From positions 2,272,001 through 2,336,000 of the forward strand of contig CAXXWQ010000004.1 in assembly GCA_963674945.2 (NCBI GenBank): a stretch of 64,000 bases of DNA, given 5' to 3'. The translations under genes were made by a program, and so were the position numbers. Below the pieces are notes generated by a model that made no database searches, was not told the origin of the DNA, and worked only from the letters and a program-made list of their open reading frames with translations. The DNA is from an uncultured Desulfosarcina sp. (GTDB taxonomy: Bacteria; Desulfobacterota; Desulfobacteria; Desulfobacterales; Desulfosarcinaceae). Position 1 is the stretch's first letter, and every line of letters begins with the position of its first letter. Below, piece by piece: positions 9,989-19,807 of this stretch.

Positions 9989-11140
9989 ATGCCCGCATCC
10001 TCATTTTTTCTGGCCACGGCGGATGACCCCGTGGACGAAAGTCATTCGTTGTGGTACCGACCGCTGCCGGGAAATCGCCGGACCCTGTTGGTTTCCGGTG
10101 AAACGGTCCCGGAAGATACCATAACGTACGGGACGTATTTCACATCCGTTCTTCGGTTTTGCGCTCACAACGGGTATGCCCGTGTCCTGGGTGCCGTTGG
10201 CGGCCGATTGAAACAACCGGTGGCCGTCACCGATATCCAACATCTGTCCATTTTTCTGGAAAAACACGGCGCCTTCTATCACCCGGCACGACTTACGGTC
10301 CAAATGGCAAATGGGCTTCATTCATTTGCCGTCAACGTGGCCGCTTCCGAATCCGGCCGGCTTACGCTGCCACGGGAGGTGGAGGTACTGGGTCACCTTG
10401 CCACCCATCGGCCGTTTGGGTGGGTACCGGCGGTGTACGCTGCCGACGTTACCGACCCGCCCATGTTTCTGGCGGACTGGTTAGAAGGATTTCATGAATT
10501 TCATCTCACCAGGAAGGAGGGTGACGGCAGCCTGGCCATCGTGGTCTGGGATGGCGCCGACAAACGACGTCTTCTTTCCGAAACGGAAATCGCATCGCTT
10601 TATCGCGAGATAGCCATGATCCTGACGGCGTTTTATGATCCCGTTACCTCGCGTCGGATCACTTCCTGGCACCATGGGGCCGGTGACTTCGTGGTGCGGC
10701 CAAATGACGAAAGGACCGCGGTTCGGCTGATCACCGCCCGCGATTATACACCGATTTCGGGAACGGGCGCGTCGCTTGACGACGAAAAGGCCGTCTTGGA
10801 TGCCCTGGTGCGTTTTTTCATCCACCTTTCCATTCACATCCGCCTGGACCGTGTAGATGGGATATCCGATCTGGCTTGGGCATCCGATGGCTGCCTCGTA
10901 CACCTCGTTACGGGCTTTTTCCAGGGTCTGGACCTTACCGCCCGCATCAGCGGCTTTCCCGAAAACTTCACCGAGATCTTTCGGAGCTATCTGGGTCGAC
11001 ACGATGGTCCTGCCCTTTTGCAGGCGGCCCGGCAATGGACGGCGGCGGCCTATGATCAACGATCCGAGGAGAGGCGTGTCGTCGACGAAAATCTATCCGA
11101 ACACGTAAGCAACCTGATTGCAGTAATTTCAACCACATAA
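9989..11140 (+). CDS. Hypothetical protein with a possible degenerate kinase/phosphotransferase-like fold
   Basis: Long ORF 5 nt after the TPR gene; KHGAFYHP, REVEVL, WHHGAGDFVV, LITARDY segments. Confidence 0.7.
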   Translation: MPASSFFLATADDPVDESHSLWYRPLPGNRRTLLVSGETVPEDTITYGTYFTSVLRFCAHNGYARVLGAVGGRLKQPVAVTDIQHLSIFLEKHGAFYHPARLTVQMANGLHSFAVNVAASESGRLTLPREVEVLGHLATHRPFGWVPAVYAADVTDPPMFLADWLEGFHEFHLTRKEGDGSLAIVVWDGADKRRLLSETEIASLYREIAMILTAFYDPVTSRRITSWHHGAGDFVVRPNDERTAVRLITARDYTPISGTGASLDDEKAVLDALVRFFIHLSIHIRLDRVDGISDLAWASDGCLVHLVTGFFQGLDLTARISGFPENFTEIFRSYLGRHDGPALLQAARQWTAAAYDQRSEERRVVDENLSEHVSNLIAVISTT

Positions 11141-11299
11141 CATCCTTTCAGCCTTTTGCGGACAGATGTCGACAGTCTTAAGAATCATAAGTGGCATACT
11201 ACATAAAGACTATTTTTTACCAACATTCACAATATTTTGTGTGGTTGTGCCAGGGCATGTGTTCCCTGCGCTTTAACCGCGCGAAACCATGCTTTTTTA

Positions 11300-11328
11300 T
11301 TGACAAGCCCCATGATTAATTCTATACA
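11300..11328 (+). promoter_or_regulatory. Sigma70 promoter of the dsrABD operon
   Basis: TTGACA-N17-TATACA. Confidence 0.7.
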
Positions 11329-11483
11329 AGCGGCTTGCAGTTTGATTATGAAAACCACATGATTTCAATCATTACAGAATTCCAAGAAATGTTCGAGAGG
11401 AGGTGACCGCAACACCCCCCGCTGGGGAAGGTTTTATTCTTATTGGCATGACGGTATAATATCAATTCAAATGGAGGTAAAAG

Positions 11484-12797
11484 ATGGCAAAGCATGCAAC
11501 CCCTTTGTTGGACCAGCTTGAGTCCGGGCCATGGCCGAGCTTCGTGTCAGACCTGAAGCAGGAAGCCGCAAGCCGGGCCAAGAATGAAAACAACGTGGAA
11601 TTCCAGGTCGCCCAAGACTGCGTGGAAGACATCCTGGGTGTAGTGGAACTCTCCTACAAGCACGGCCGGACCCACTGGAAACATGGCGGCATCGTGGGTG
11701 TGTTCGGATACGGCGGCGGCGTTATCGGCCGTTACTGCGACCAGCCGGAACAATTCCCCGGCGTGGCCCACTTTCACACCATGCGCATCAACCAGCCCGG
11801 CGGTAAATACTACACCACCGATTTCCTGAAAAAACTCTGTGACCTGTGGGAATTCCGCGGCTCCGGCGTCACCAACATGCACGGCTCCACCGGTGACATC
11901 ATCTTCATCGGAACCTCCACGCCCCAATTGGAAGAGATCTTCTACGAACTGACCCACAAGTTCAATCAGGACCTGGGCGGCTCCGGCTCCAATCTGCGGA
12001 CCCCGTCCGACTGCATCGGCTCTTCCCGCTGCGAATACGCCTGCTACGACACCCAGGCCATCTGCTTCGACCTGACCAATGAATATCAGGACGAGCTGCA
12101 CCGTCCGGCCTTCCCGTACAAATTCAAGTTCAAGTTCGACGGCTGCCCCAACTGCTGCGTGGCCTCCATCGCACGTGCGGACATCTCCTTCGTGGGGACC
12201 TGGAAAGACGACATCAAGATCGACCAGGAAGCCGTTGCCGGCTATGTCGGCGGCGAATTTCCGCCCAACGGCGGCGCCCACAGCGGCCGCGACTGGGGCA
12301 AATTTGACATCCAAAAAGAGGTCATCGACCTGTGCCCCACCAAATGCATGAAATACGAAGGCGGCAAACTCGCCATCAATAACCGTGAGTGCACCCGCTG
12401 CATGCACTGCATCAACGTCATGCCGCGCGCCCTGCACATCGGCGACGACCGTGGCTGCTCCATGCTGGTCGGCGCCAAGGCCCCCATCCTCGACGGCGCC
12501 CAGATGGGATCGTTGCTGGTTCCCTTCATCAAGGTGGAAGAGCCCTACGACGAAATCAAGGAAGTCATCGAAGCCATCTGGGATTGGTGGATGGAAGAGG
12601 GCAAGAACCGCGAGCGTCTCGGTGAGCTGATCAAGCGTCAGGGATTCCAGAAACTGCTTGAAATGACCAACATCAAGCCTGTTCCCCAGCATGTTCAGGA
12701 ACCGCGCCACAACCCCTACATCTTCTGGAAAGAAGACGAGGTTGAAGGCGGCTGGGATCGTGACATCAACGAATTCAGAAAATACCACCAGAGATAG
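11484..12797 (+). CDS. dsrA: Dissimilatory sulfite reductase alpha subunit
   Basis: THWKHGGIVGV, siroheme-FeS Cys motifs, YKFKFKFDGCPNCC, ferredoxin domain. Confidence 0.99.
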   Translation: MAKHATPLLDQLESGPWPSFVSDLKQEAASRAKNENNVEFQVAQDCVEDILGVVELSYKHGRTHWKHGGIVGVFGYGGGVIGRYCDQPEQFPGVAHFHTMRINQPGGKYYTTDFLKKLCDLWEFRGSGVTNMHGSTGDIIFIGTSTPQLEEIFYELTHKFNQDLGGSGSNLRTPSDCIGSSRCEYACYDTQAICFDLTNEYQDELHRPAFPYKFKFKFDGCPNCCVASIARADISFVGTWKDDIKIDQEAVAGYVGGEFPPNGGAHSGRDWGKFDIQKEVIDLCPTKCMKYEGGKLAINNRECTRCMHCINVMPRALHIGDDRGCSMLVGAKAPILDGAQMGSLLVPFIKVEEPYDEIKEVIEAIWDWWMEEGKNRERLGELIKRQGFQKLLEMTNIKPVPQHVQEPRHNPYIFWKEDEVEGGWDRDINEFRKYHQR

Positions 12798-12812
12798 AGG
12801 GGAGGAATCACA

Positions 12813-13958
12813 ATGGCATTTATTTCTTCAGGATACAATCCCGACAAACCGATGGAAGACCGGATTACCGACATCGGCCCGCAAAAATATGATCAGTTTT
12901 ATCCGCCGGTCATCGCCAAGAACAAGGGCAAATGGCTGTATCACGAAATCATCAAGCCCGGCGTGCTGGTCCATGTGGCCGAAAGCGGCGACGAGGTCTA
13001 CACCATACGTTGCGGCGGCGCCCGTCTGATGACCGTGACCCATATCCGCGAGATCTGCGAAATCGCCGACAAACACTGCGACGGCCACGTTCGTTGGACC
13101 ACCCGGAACAACATCGAGTTCATGGTTGACGACAAGTCCAAGGTCGATCCGCTGGTCAAGGATCTGGAAAGCCGCAAGTTCGACGGCGGCAGCTTCAAGT
13201 TCCCCATTGGCGGGACCGGCGCCGGCGTCACCAACATCATCCACACCCAGGGATGGATCCACTGCCACACCCCGGCCACCGACGCCTCCGGCCCGGTCAA
13301 GGCCACCATGGACGTTCTCTTCGAGGACTTTCAGAATCACCGCCTGCCGGCCCAGTTGCGCGTCTCTCTGGCCTGCTGCCTGAACATGTGCGGCGCCGTA
13401 CACTGCTCCGATATCGCCATCCTCGGCTACCACAGAAAGCCGCCGATCCTGGATCACGAATACCTGGACAAGATGTGCGAAATTCCGCTGGCCATCGCCG
13501 CCTGCCCCACCGCAGCGATCAAACCGGCAAAGGTGAAAGTGGGCGACAAGGAACTCAAGTCCGTGGCCGTCAACAACGAACGCTGCATGTTCTGCGGTAA
13601 CTGCTACACCATGTGCCCCTCCATGCCCCTGGCCGACAGTGAAGGCGACGGTATCGTCCTCATGGTGGGCGGCAAGGTCTCCAACCGTATCAGCACGCCC
13701 AAGTTCTCCAAGGTCGTCGTGGCCTTCCTGCCCAATGAAATGCCCCGCTGGCAGTCCACCACCGCCTGTATCAAGAAGATCGTCGAAGCCTACAGCGCCG
13801 GCGCCAACAAATACGAGCGTCTGGGAGACTGGGCCGAGAGAATCGGCTGGGAACGGTTCTTCGAAAAATGCGAACTTGAATTCACCCATCATCTCATCGA
13901 TGATTTCCGTGATCCCGCCTACTACACCTGGCGTCAGACCACGCAGTTCAAGTTTTAA
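12813..13958 (+). CDS. dsrB: Dissimilatory sulfite reductase beta subunit
   Basis: [46 protein letters not shown]. Confidence 0.99.
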   Translation: MAFISSGYNPDKPMEDRITDIGPQKYDQFYPPVIAKNKGKWLYHEIIKPGVLVHVAESGDEVYTIRCGGARLMTVTHIREICEIADKHCDGHVRWTTRNNIEFMVDDKSKVDPLVKDLESRKFDGGSFKFPIGGTGAGVTNIIHTQGWIHCHTPATDASGPVKATMDVLFEDFQNHRLPAQLRVSLACCLNMCGAVHCSDIAILGYHRKPPILDHEYLDKMCEIPLAIAACPTAAIKPAKVKVGDKELKSVAVNNERCMFCGNCYTMCPSMPLADSEGDGIVLMVGGKVSNRISTPKFSKVVVAFLPNEMPRWQSTTACIKKIVEAYSAGANKYERLGDWAERIGWERFFEKCELEFTHHLIDDFRDPAYYTWRQTTQFKF

Positions 13959-13982
13959 TTTTCTCCGTATGAGTGAATCTGT

Positions 13983-14010
13983 GCAGGGGGAGGCCACGCG
14001 CCCCCCCTGC
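13983..14010 (+). other. GC-rich stem-loop between dsrB and dsrD
   Basis: GCAGGGGG...CCCCCTGC inverted repeat with no strong U tract. Confidence 0.6.
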
Positions 14011-14032
14011 CTACTTTAGAAAAGAGGGAACC

Positions 14033-14272
14033 ATGGAATACGAAGAGGCAAAAAAGCTGATCGTCGACAGCCTGACCAAGAAACTCAAGACCAAGAGCAA
14101 ATTCTACTTTAATGACCTGTCCAAGATTCTCGACATGAAACCACGAGAGGCGAAAAAGATCGTCAATAAACTCGTTCAGGAAAATGTCCTCGAGTACTGG
14201 TCTTCGGGCAGCACCTCCATGTACGGTCTACCCGGTACCGGTAAACAAGCCAGCGCAGAACACGAAGATTAA
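14033..14272 (+). CDS. dsrD: DsrD
   Basis: KSKFYFNDL, LEYWSSGSTSMYGL; directly follows dsrB. Confidence 0.97.
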   Translation: MEYEEAKKLIVDSLTKKLKTKSKFYFNDLSKILDMKPREAKKIVNKLVQENVLEYWSSGSTSMYGLPGTGKQASAEHED

Positions 14273-14317
14273 TCTGTTCCGCGACGAAGCGCCTCACCAT
14301 CAGCACATTTCGCCGCC

Positions 14318-15757
14318 ATGCACACGCTTTTGAAACAGGCTCCACATTCAACGTGCCGCGGCACACCGGGCTTTGTCGTCGCCGCCCTTCGGGGGGGATC
14401 GGGAAAGACCATCTTTTCCGTCGGCATCATCGCCGCGTTGCGGAGCCTGGGCAGATCCATCGCGCCTTTTAAGAAAGGTCCGGATTATATCGATGCCGGC
14501 TGGCTTGCATTGGCGGCTGGCCGGCCCTGCTACAACCTGGACACCTTCCTCATCGAGCGGGATACGATTCTTGCATCCTACGCTTCCCACACGCAAGACA
14601 TCGACTTTACTGTTATCGAAGGCAATCGCGGCCTGTACGACTGTATCGATACCAGGGGCGAAACCAGTACCGCCGAGCTTGCCAAGCTACTGGGGCTGCC
14701 GGTCATTTTGTGCATCGACGCCACCAAGACTACCCGGACCATGGCCGCTGTCGTTGGTGGTATCACCGCCTTCGATCCGGATGTACACATCGGTGGCGTG
14801 ATATTGAACCGTGTTGCCGGTCAACGTCACCAGTCGATCCTCACCCGAAGCATTGAAGAATATACGGGCGTCCCCATTCTTGGCGCCGTTCCCAAACTCA
14901 GGAAGCAGCGGTTTCCCGAGCGCCACATGGGGCTGGTGCCGACCCCGGAGCATAGCTGGGCACAACCGGCCGTCGAGGCCATTCGATCAGTGGCCCAAGA
15001 TCACCTCGATATCGACAGAATCCTGGAAATCGCAGATACGGCTGCACCGCTTTCACCTGTCAAAGCCTCCCCGGCACCCCCGAAACCAAAAGCACATGGA
15101 CGACCAACCATCGGTATCTTGAAGGACGCGGCATTTCAGTTCTACTACCCGGAAAATCTGGAGGCATTGGAGGCAGCCGGAGCCCGGCTGGTCTTTGCCA
15201 GTCCCCTGGCCGATGCCCATCTTCCTGCCGTGGATGCAATCTACATCGGCGGCGGCTTTCCGGAGACCAACGCCCGACAGTTGGAAGCCAACGAAAGCTT
15301 TCGCAGGGAACTGAAAAAACGATCGGAAACGGGTCTTCCCATCTACGCCGAATGCGGTGGGCTCATGTATCTGGGAGAAGAACTGCACCTGGAAGACGGG
15401 AACTACCAGATGACCGGCGTGTTACCGGCCATCTTCGGTTTTTCCAAACGGCCCCAGGGCCATGGGTATACCATCGTTCGGGTAGAATCGGAGAATCCCT
15501 ATTTTCCCGTGGGAACAAAGCTGCTTGGACATGAATTTCACTACTCCAGCGTGAAAGCGTGGAAAGGACGAGAAGAAGACCTGGCCTTTACCATGCAGCG
15601 GGGTGCCGGATTTCTCAATGGCAAGGACGGCGTCTGCGTCAATAATGTTCTTGCCACCTATACCCACATCCACGCATTGGGAACGCCGCTTTGGGCGGCG
15701 GCCTTGGTGCGGGCGGCCCTGCAATTCAACCAACGCACAATGAAACCGCAATCGTGA
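14318..15757 (+). CDS. dsrN: Cobyrinate a,c-diamide synthase-like siroheme amidase DsrN
   Basis: GGSGKT, KKGPDYID, ERHMGL, YAECGGLMYL, GHEFHYS, YTHIH; downstream of dsrD. Confidence 0.9.
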   Translation: MHTLLKQAPHSTCRGTPGFVVAALRGGSGKTIFSVGIIAALRSLGRSIAPFKKGPDYIDAGWLALAAGRPCYNLDTFLIERDTILASYASHTQDIDFTVIEGNRGLYDCIDTRGETSTAELAKLLGLPVILCIDATKTTRTMAAVVGGITAFDPDVHIGGVILNRVAGQRHQSILTRSIEEYTGVPILGAVPKLRKQRFPERHMGLVPTPEHSWAQPAVEAIRSVAQDHLDIDRILEIADTAAPLSPVKASPAPPKPKAHGRPTIGILKDAAFQFYYPENLEALEAAGARLVFASPLADAHLPAVDAIYIGGGFPETNARQLEANESFRRELKKRSETGLPIYAECGGLMYLGEELHLEDGNYQMTGVLPAIFGFSKRPQGHGYTIVRVESENPYFPVGTKLLGHEFHYSSVKAWKGREEDLAFTMQRGAGFLNGKDGVCVNNVLATYTHIHALGTPLWAAALVRAALQFNQRTMKPQS

Positions 15758-15811
15758 TGATCCCATAAAAAGTCGCTGTTTGGACGGAATCATAATTCTC
15801 GTTTCTTTTCC

Positions 15812-16117
15812 TTATCCCGTTATGCAAACCCACTCGCCGGACGGAAGCTGGATTTGTACGCATTCCGGATTTCGCCAGGCACGAATGACGGTTGCGGTTT
15901 TGATTTCTATATAGTCTTTGTCTTCCACCAGTTTTTTTGCAGCTTCAATGGCAATGGGCCCTTCACCGGTTACGCCCAAGGAACCTCCCGCACCGGGTCC
16001 CACCATGGCGGGTTCGGCGGAACCTTTCTTGTAGGCGACCAACATCATCACCTCTTCTCCCATCTCTTTCACCTGATATAGGAACTCTTCACTTGTCTTC
16101 GCAACTTTTACGACCAT
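15812..16117 (-). CDS. 101-aa hypothetical protein ending in NPEC-X11-C
   Basis: AAAGGGG RBS before ATG at 16117; 59 nt downstream of the receptor gene on the same strand. Confidence 0.72.
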   Translation of the reverse strand: MVVKVAKTSEEFLYQVKEMGEEVMMLVAYKKGSAEPAMVGPGAGGSLGVTGEGPIAIEAAKKLVEDKDYIEIKTATVIRAWRNPECVQIQLPSGEWVCITG

Positions 16118-16176
16118 GGTATTCCCCTTTCTGTGATGGTGTGAATGGAATCTCGCTTTATCCCAATTACCAACGA

Positions 16177-19100
16177 TCAAAAAGCAAGGGTAATCTTCGA
16201 CAAGAAAGAACGTTCGGGAATGATTTCCGGATTATCAGGGTTCGTATCCTGAAAATGAAATCCTTCGTCCAGCAGATTCTTGCACTCGAGACTGATAATC
16301 CCCAATCGTTTCGGCAATCGATAACCGATGGTGGTGTCCACCACCCAGAAACGGTCGCTGTCATGGACCGTCGGCGCCTCCCACGGATTGCCGAAATCGC
16401 CGCTTTGATCCACATAGGAGGTCGTAAAACGAATAAATAGGCCGATGGGGTGAAACAGATTCAGGCCGATGGGAATCTTATGGGTAGTGAGGGTGGTAAA
16501 CTGCTCCGGACCAACATATTGAGGTGCCCTTTCGAAGAGGGAATAGCCATAGGCCACGCTGGTGGAGACCCAATGGTGGGGCGTCCAGAAAAGGTAACCC
16601 CGGCCGGACGTTTCGTCCCAGTCAGTCTCAAAAAGAGACTGTTTATAATTGGAGCTCACCGTCAGGTCGCGCTCGATGTACTCGATTCCTGCGAACAGGT
16701 TGTGGCCAAATTCCTGGTCCACCGCACCTCCGTAGTGCCACGCCTCGGTGCGGTTGCCGTCGTCGTAAAACTGGCTGAATCCGGCTACCTGGGTGGGTTC
16801 CAGGGTCTGACCGGCGATGAGATCCCGATTAAAGGTACGAAAGGCCGCCGCACGCACGGTGGTCCCGCCGGCGATGCGCCAGGTGACACCGAATTTCGGG
16901 TTGAACTGCTCCTCTTTGGTAAGGGTGGAATCGTACAGATCCATACTTGCCCCCACGGTCCACGTCATCTGCACCGGCAGATGGATCATGGCGTAGAGGT
17001 ACGGATTGGTGTGGTCCAACTTCGTTTTTCTTGCACTATCGGAAGGGGCAAAAGAACCGTCGTAATCAGTCGTTTGGTCCTTACCCGAATGGAAAAAGCC
17101 GATACCATCGATCAGATGGAACCATGGGGACCGAAATAGATGCTGGAGTTCGGCCATCATCCCGTCCAGTTCCTCCTCAACTGTATAGCTGAATCCGTAC
17201 TGGGGTAAATTGTCACCCACCTTTCCGTCCAATTGGCTGAAAATTACTGTTCCGAGTATGTGGTTCTTTTGGTTGGGTGCCCAATGTCCGCCGATCCGAA
17301 AAGATCGGCGATCCGACACAAATCGGTAACTTTCATAATAATCGTCCGGATCGAATCGCAGGAAAAGGTCGCCTTGCTTTACGTTCCATTGACGAACTTC
17401 GGCCATGAGGGAAGCCCCGGGCGTGAGGCTGACCTGGGCGAAACCATTGTAGAGGTTTGTCCACCGATCGTTATTTTCCCGATACCCATCGGATTCGTAG
17501 TGGAACTGCCCGATGCTGTAAGAGAAGCGGTTCCAGATACCGGAATGTACCAGCTCGTCTCCCCAGGTGCCCTGGGTGCCCGCCACGCCGCTGGTCTGCA
17601 GATCCAATCGGTTGCGCAAAAAGAGCGGGCTGAATTCGTTGAACGCCTGTGCCGACGGTTCCGTGCCCTCCAGGATATAGTTGCCGGTCTCTGCCAGGCT
17701 GGGCTGGATCGGTGTGACATTCAACGGTTGAAGGAGCTGGCTTTGGAGCAGCTCACTGACCCGGGCGATTTCATGGCGGGGAAGTACCGAGTAGTTGTCT
17801 GCCAGGAAGCGATGGGCCGAATAGTTGGTGGGATCGAGATTTACCGAGTTCCAACCCTGCACCAGGGCCAGTTGCTGAAAGCCCAGATCCCGATAGATGC
17901 GGCCGATACCGGCACTGCGAGCGGCCAGATCCTGGTCCAGCAAAAGCCGGGAGCGATACACGGCCCGATTGTCGTTCAATGCCATTGAGGTCTTAAGGTC
18001 GCGTAAGGCTTCCACCGGACGATTCAGAGACTGTTTGCGCAGGGCGTCGTAATACCAGGGAGTGGGATCCGCAGGGTCCAGCTCTTTGGCCATGGCGAGT
18101 TGCACCCGCGCCGGTTCATCTCTTTTCTCCTCGAAATAGGCCTTTCCCAGATAGCTTCGGATCAGGGAACTGGCCGGGTCCAGGGCCGCTGCGATCTCGA
18201 TCTCCTTGCGTCCCTGGTCCAGTTGACCGTCCCGGATAATCGCAAGACCAAGGCCGAGTCTCGCCATGGGTGCGGCCGAATCCAGGGTGATCGCCCGGGA
18301 AAATGCCGATTTGGCTTGGGCGGTATTCATCTGGGCGAGTTTGGAAAATCCCAGAATGATCTGGGTCTGGGCCAGCATCGGCCGAATCTGTACCGCACGC
18401 TCTCCCGCATCCAGTGCCTTTGCCCGCTCCCCCACCGACAGATAGAGTTCGGACAATCGGGCCCACGCCAGTGCATTGTTGGGTTCCTTTCGGACGGCCT
18501 CCCGGGCACTGGCCAGTGCGCCATCCAAGTTGAAAAAGGCCTGCTGTACATAGGTATTTGCCAGATCGACGGTGGCACCCCCCATCCGGGAACCTGCCAT
18601 GGCTTGGGCAACCAGCTCATCGGCCTTTTCCTTCTCGTTTTGAACCATCGCGATCAGTGCCAGAAGGGCCGTTGCATCGGCTTTTTCATTGCCGACGGAT
18701 TGCAGTGGCTGTAAGTCGATCATGGCGTCGTCCACCCTGCCGACGGACAGCAGCAGCACCGACCGGTAGAGCCGGTACCGTGGATCATCGATTTGTTGGG
18801 AGATGTTGGAGAGGCTCTCCATGGCTTGTCGCAGATCGCCCTCTCGCCAATGGGCGACCGATTGCCGGGCGATCTCACACCAGCTTTCATCACAGGAAAA
18901 ATCTTCCGGTGTAAAATCGATGATGGTTGGATAGTATAAGGTCCATTGAACCGCATCACATGGACGAATCACGGATACGGGCGTCGGTGGTTGTCCGGAC
19001 TTTGCGACCACGCTCTGGTTTTTCGAGAGCCGGACGGTTCCATTGGCATTGGACACATTCAATTTGCCTTCGAAGAGGGAAAAGGCGGTCTGATCGGCAT

Positions 19101-19587
19101 CCACGCGTGCAAAAAATTCGGTACCCTCCACCGCACCGTTTACGAAGGGTGTAATCAGGCGAAGACTCCTGTTCATCCGGCTGAAGAAGTGAACGGCACC
19201 GTCGATCAGTTGGATTACGAAGGGCTTTTTGCGGTCTGCCTCTTTGAAGATGAGCGTGGTATGCTGGTCGACCCGTAGCGTGCTCTCATTGCGTAAAACG
19301 AATGCCGCACGGCTTTTCGCCTCCAGCTGGATCATGTCTCCTTCGATAAAACGGTCTTCCAGACGGATCGGCTGCCATTCACCGGATCCCTTGCGCCGCA
19401 CGTGTGCCCGGCCTTGGAGGGAAACCACCTTGGCCACCCAAAGCTTTTCCAATGCTGTTTCGGCAAATGAAATTTCGGGTGAGATTGCCAAAACGCACAA
19501 CGACCAAAGTACCAGCAGGCATCGCACGCCGTATCGAACCGCAACACGATGTTGTCCATGAATCGATCTGTCCATAACACCAAACAC
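16177..19587 (-). CDS. FecR-domain / TPR / TonB-dependent-receptor-like beta-barrel fusion protein
   Basis: Signal peptide; FecR-like LRVDQHT...AVEGTEF; many TPRs; beta-strand-rich C-terminus ending in Phe; start at GTG 19587 or ATG 19575. Confidence 0.85.
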   Translation of the reverse strand: MFGVMDRSIHGQHRVAVRYGVRCLLVLWSLCVLAISPEISFAETALEKLWVAKVVSLQGRAHVRRKGSGEWQPIRLEDRFIEGDMIQLEAKSRAAFVLRNESTLRVDQHTTLIFKEADRKKPFVIQLIDGAVHFFSRMNRSLRLITPFVNGAVEGTEFFARVDADQTAFSLFEGKLNVSNANGTVRLSKNQSVVAKSGQPPTPVSVIRPCDAVQWTLYYPTIIDFTPEDFSCDESWCEIARQSVAHWREGDLRQAMESLSNISQQIDDPRYRLYRSVLLLSVGRVDDAMIDLQPLQSVGNEKADATALLALIAMVQNEKEKADELVAQAMAGSRMGGATVDLANTYVQQAFFNLDGALASAREAVRKEPNNALAWARLSELYLSVGERAKALDAGERAVQIRPMLAQTQIILGFSKLAQMNTAQAKSAFSRAITLDSAAPMARLGLGLAIIRDGQLDQGRKEIEIAAALDPASSLIRSYLGKAYFEEKRDEPARVQLAMAKELDPADPTPWYYDALRKQSLNRPVEALRDLKTSMALNDNRAVYRSRLLLDQDLAARSAGIGRIYRDLGFQQLALVQGWNSVNLDPTNYSAHRFLADNYSVLPRHEIARVSELLQSQLLQPLNVTPIQPSLAETGNYILEGTEPSAQAFNEFSPLFLRNRLDLQTSGVAGTQGTWGDELVHSGIWNRFSYSIGQFHYESDGYRENNDRWTNLYNGFAQVSLTPGASLMAEVRQWNVKQGDLFLRFDPDDYYESYRFVSDRRSFRIGGHWAPNQKNHILGTVIFSQLDGKVGDNLPQYGFSYTVEEELDGMMAELQHLFRSPWFHLIDGIGFFHSGKDQTTDYDGSFAPSDSARKTKLDHTNPYLYAMIHLPVQMTWTVGASMDLYDSTLTKEEQFNPKFGVTWRIAGGTTVRAAAFRTFNRDLIAGQTLEPTQVAGFSQFYDDGNRTEAWHYGGAVDQEFGHNLFAGIEYIERDLTVSSNYKQSLFETDWDETSGRGYLFWTPHHWVSTSVAYGYSLFERAPQYVGPEQFTTLTTHKIPIGLNLFHPIGLFIRFTTSYVDQSGDFGNPWEAPTVHDSDRFWVVDTTIGYRLPKRLGIISLECKNLLDEGFHFQDTNPDNPEIIPERSFLSKITLAF

Positions 19588-19746
19588 CCCGTTTCCGCTT
19601 CAGTTTCCGTTTCCGTTTAGATTCAGTAATTTCAGATTCAGCTCGCGTTTTCAGTGTATTTAACACTCCTCCCCTTTGTGCAATGTATACAGAAATGCGT
19701 ATTGTTACTATCTGTAGAATCGAAATTGCCAATTTTCAAGGAAAAA

Positions 19747-19787
19747 GAAAGGGGGATGCCGCAATAATGCGGTCATCCCCCTTTTCT
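19747..19787 (-). terminator. Rho-independent terminator after the cytochrome c3 gene
   Basis: GAAAGGGGGATG-CCGCA / TGCGG-TCATCCCCCTTT stem flanked by A/T runs. Confidence 0.8.
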
Positions 19788-19807
19788 GGAAGAAATTTAT
19801 CGGATCG

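Noticed and set aside
11225..11243. CACAA-TATT-TTGTG palindrome as a Rex operator for dsrA
   Set aside because: Half-sites are in the reverse order to the Rex consensus (TTGTGAA-N4-TTCACAA)
11403..11459. 18-codon GTG-initiated uORF in the dsrA leader
   Set aside because: The GTG lies inside the SD itself, so spacing is unusable; no other support
11547..13997. Long antisense ORFs over dsrA/dsrB (also over amtB, glnA, acrB and others)
   Set aside because: Shadow frames caused by strong codon bias; no recognisable domains
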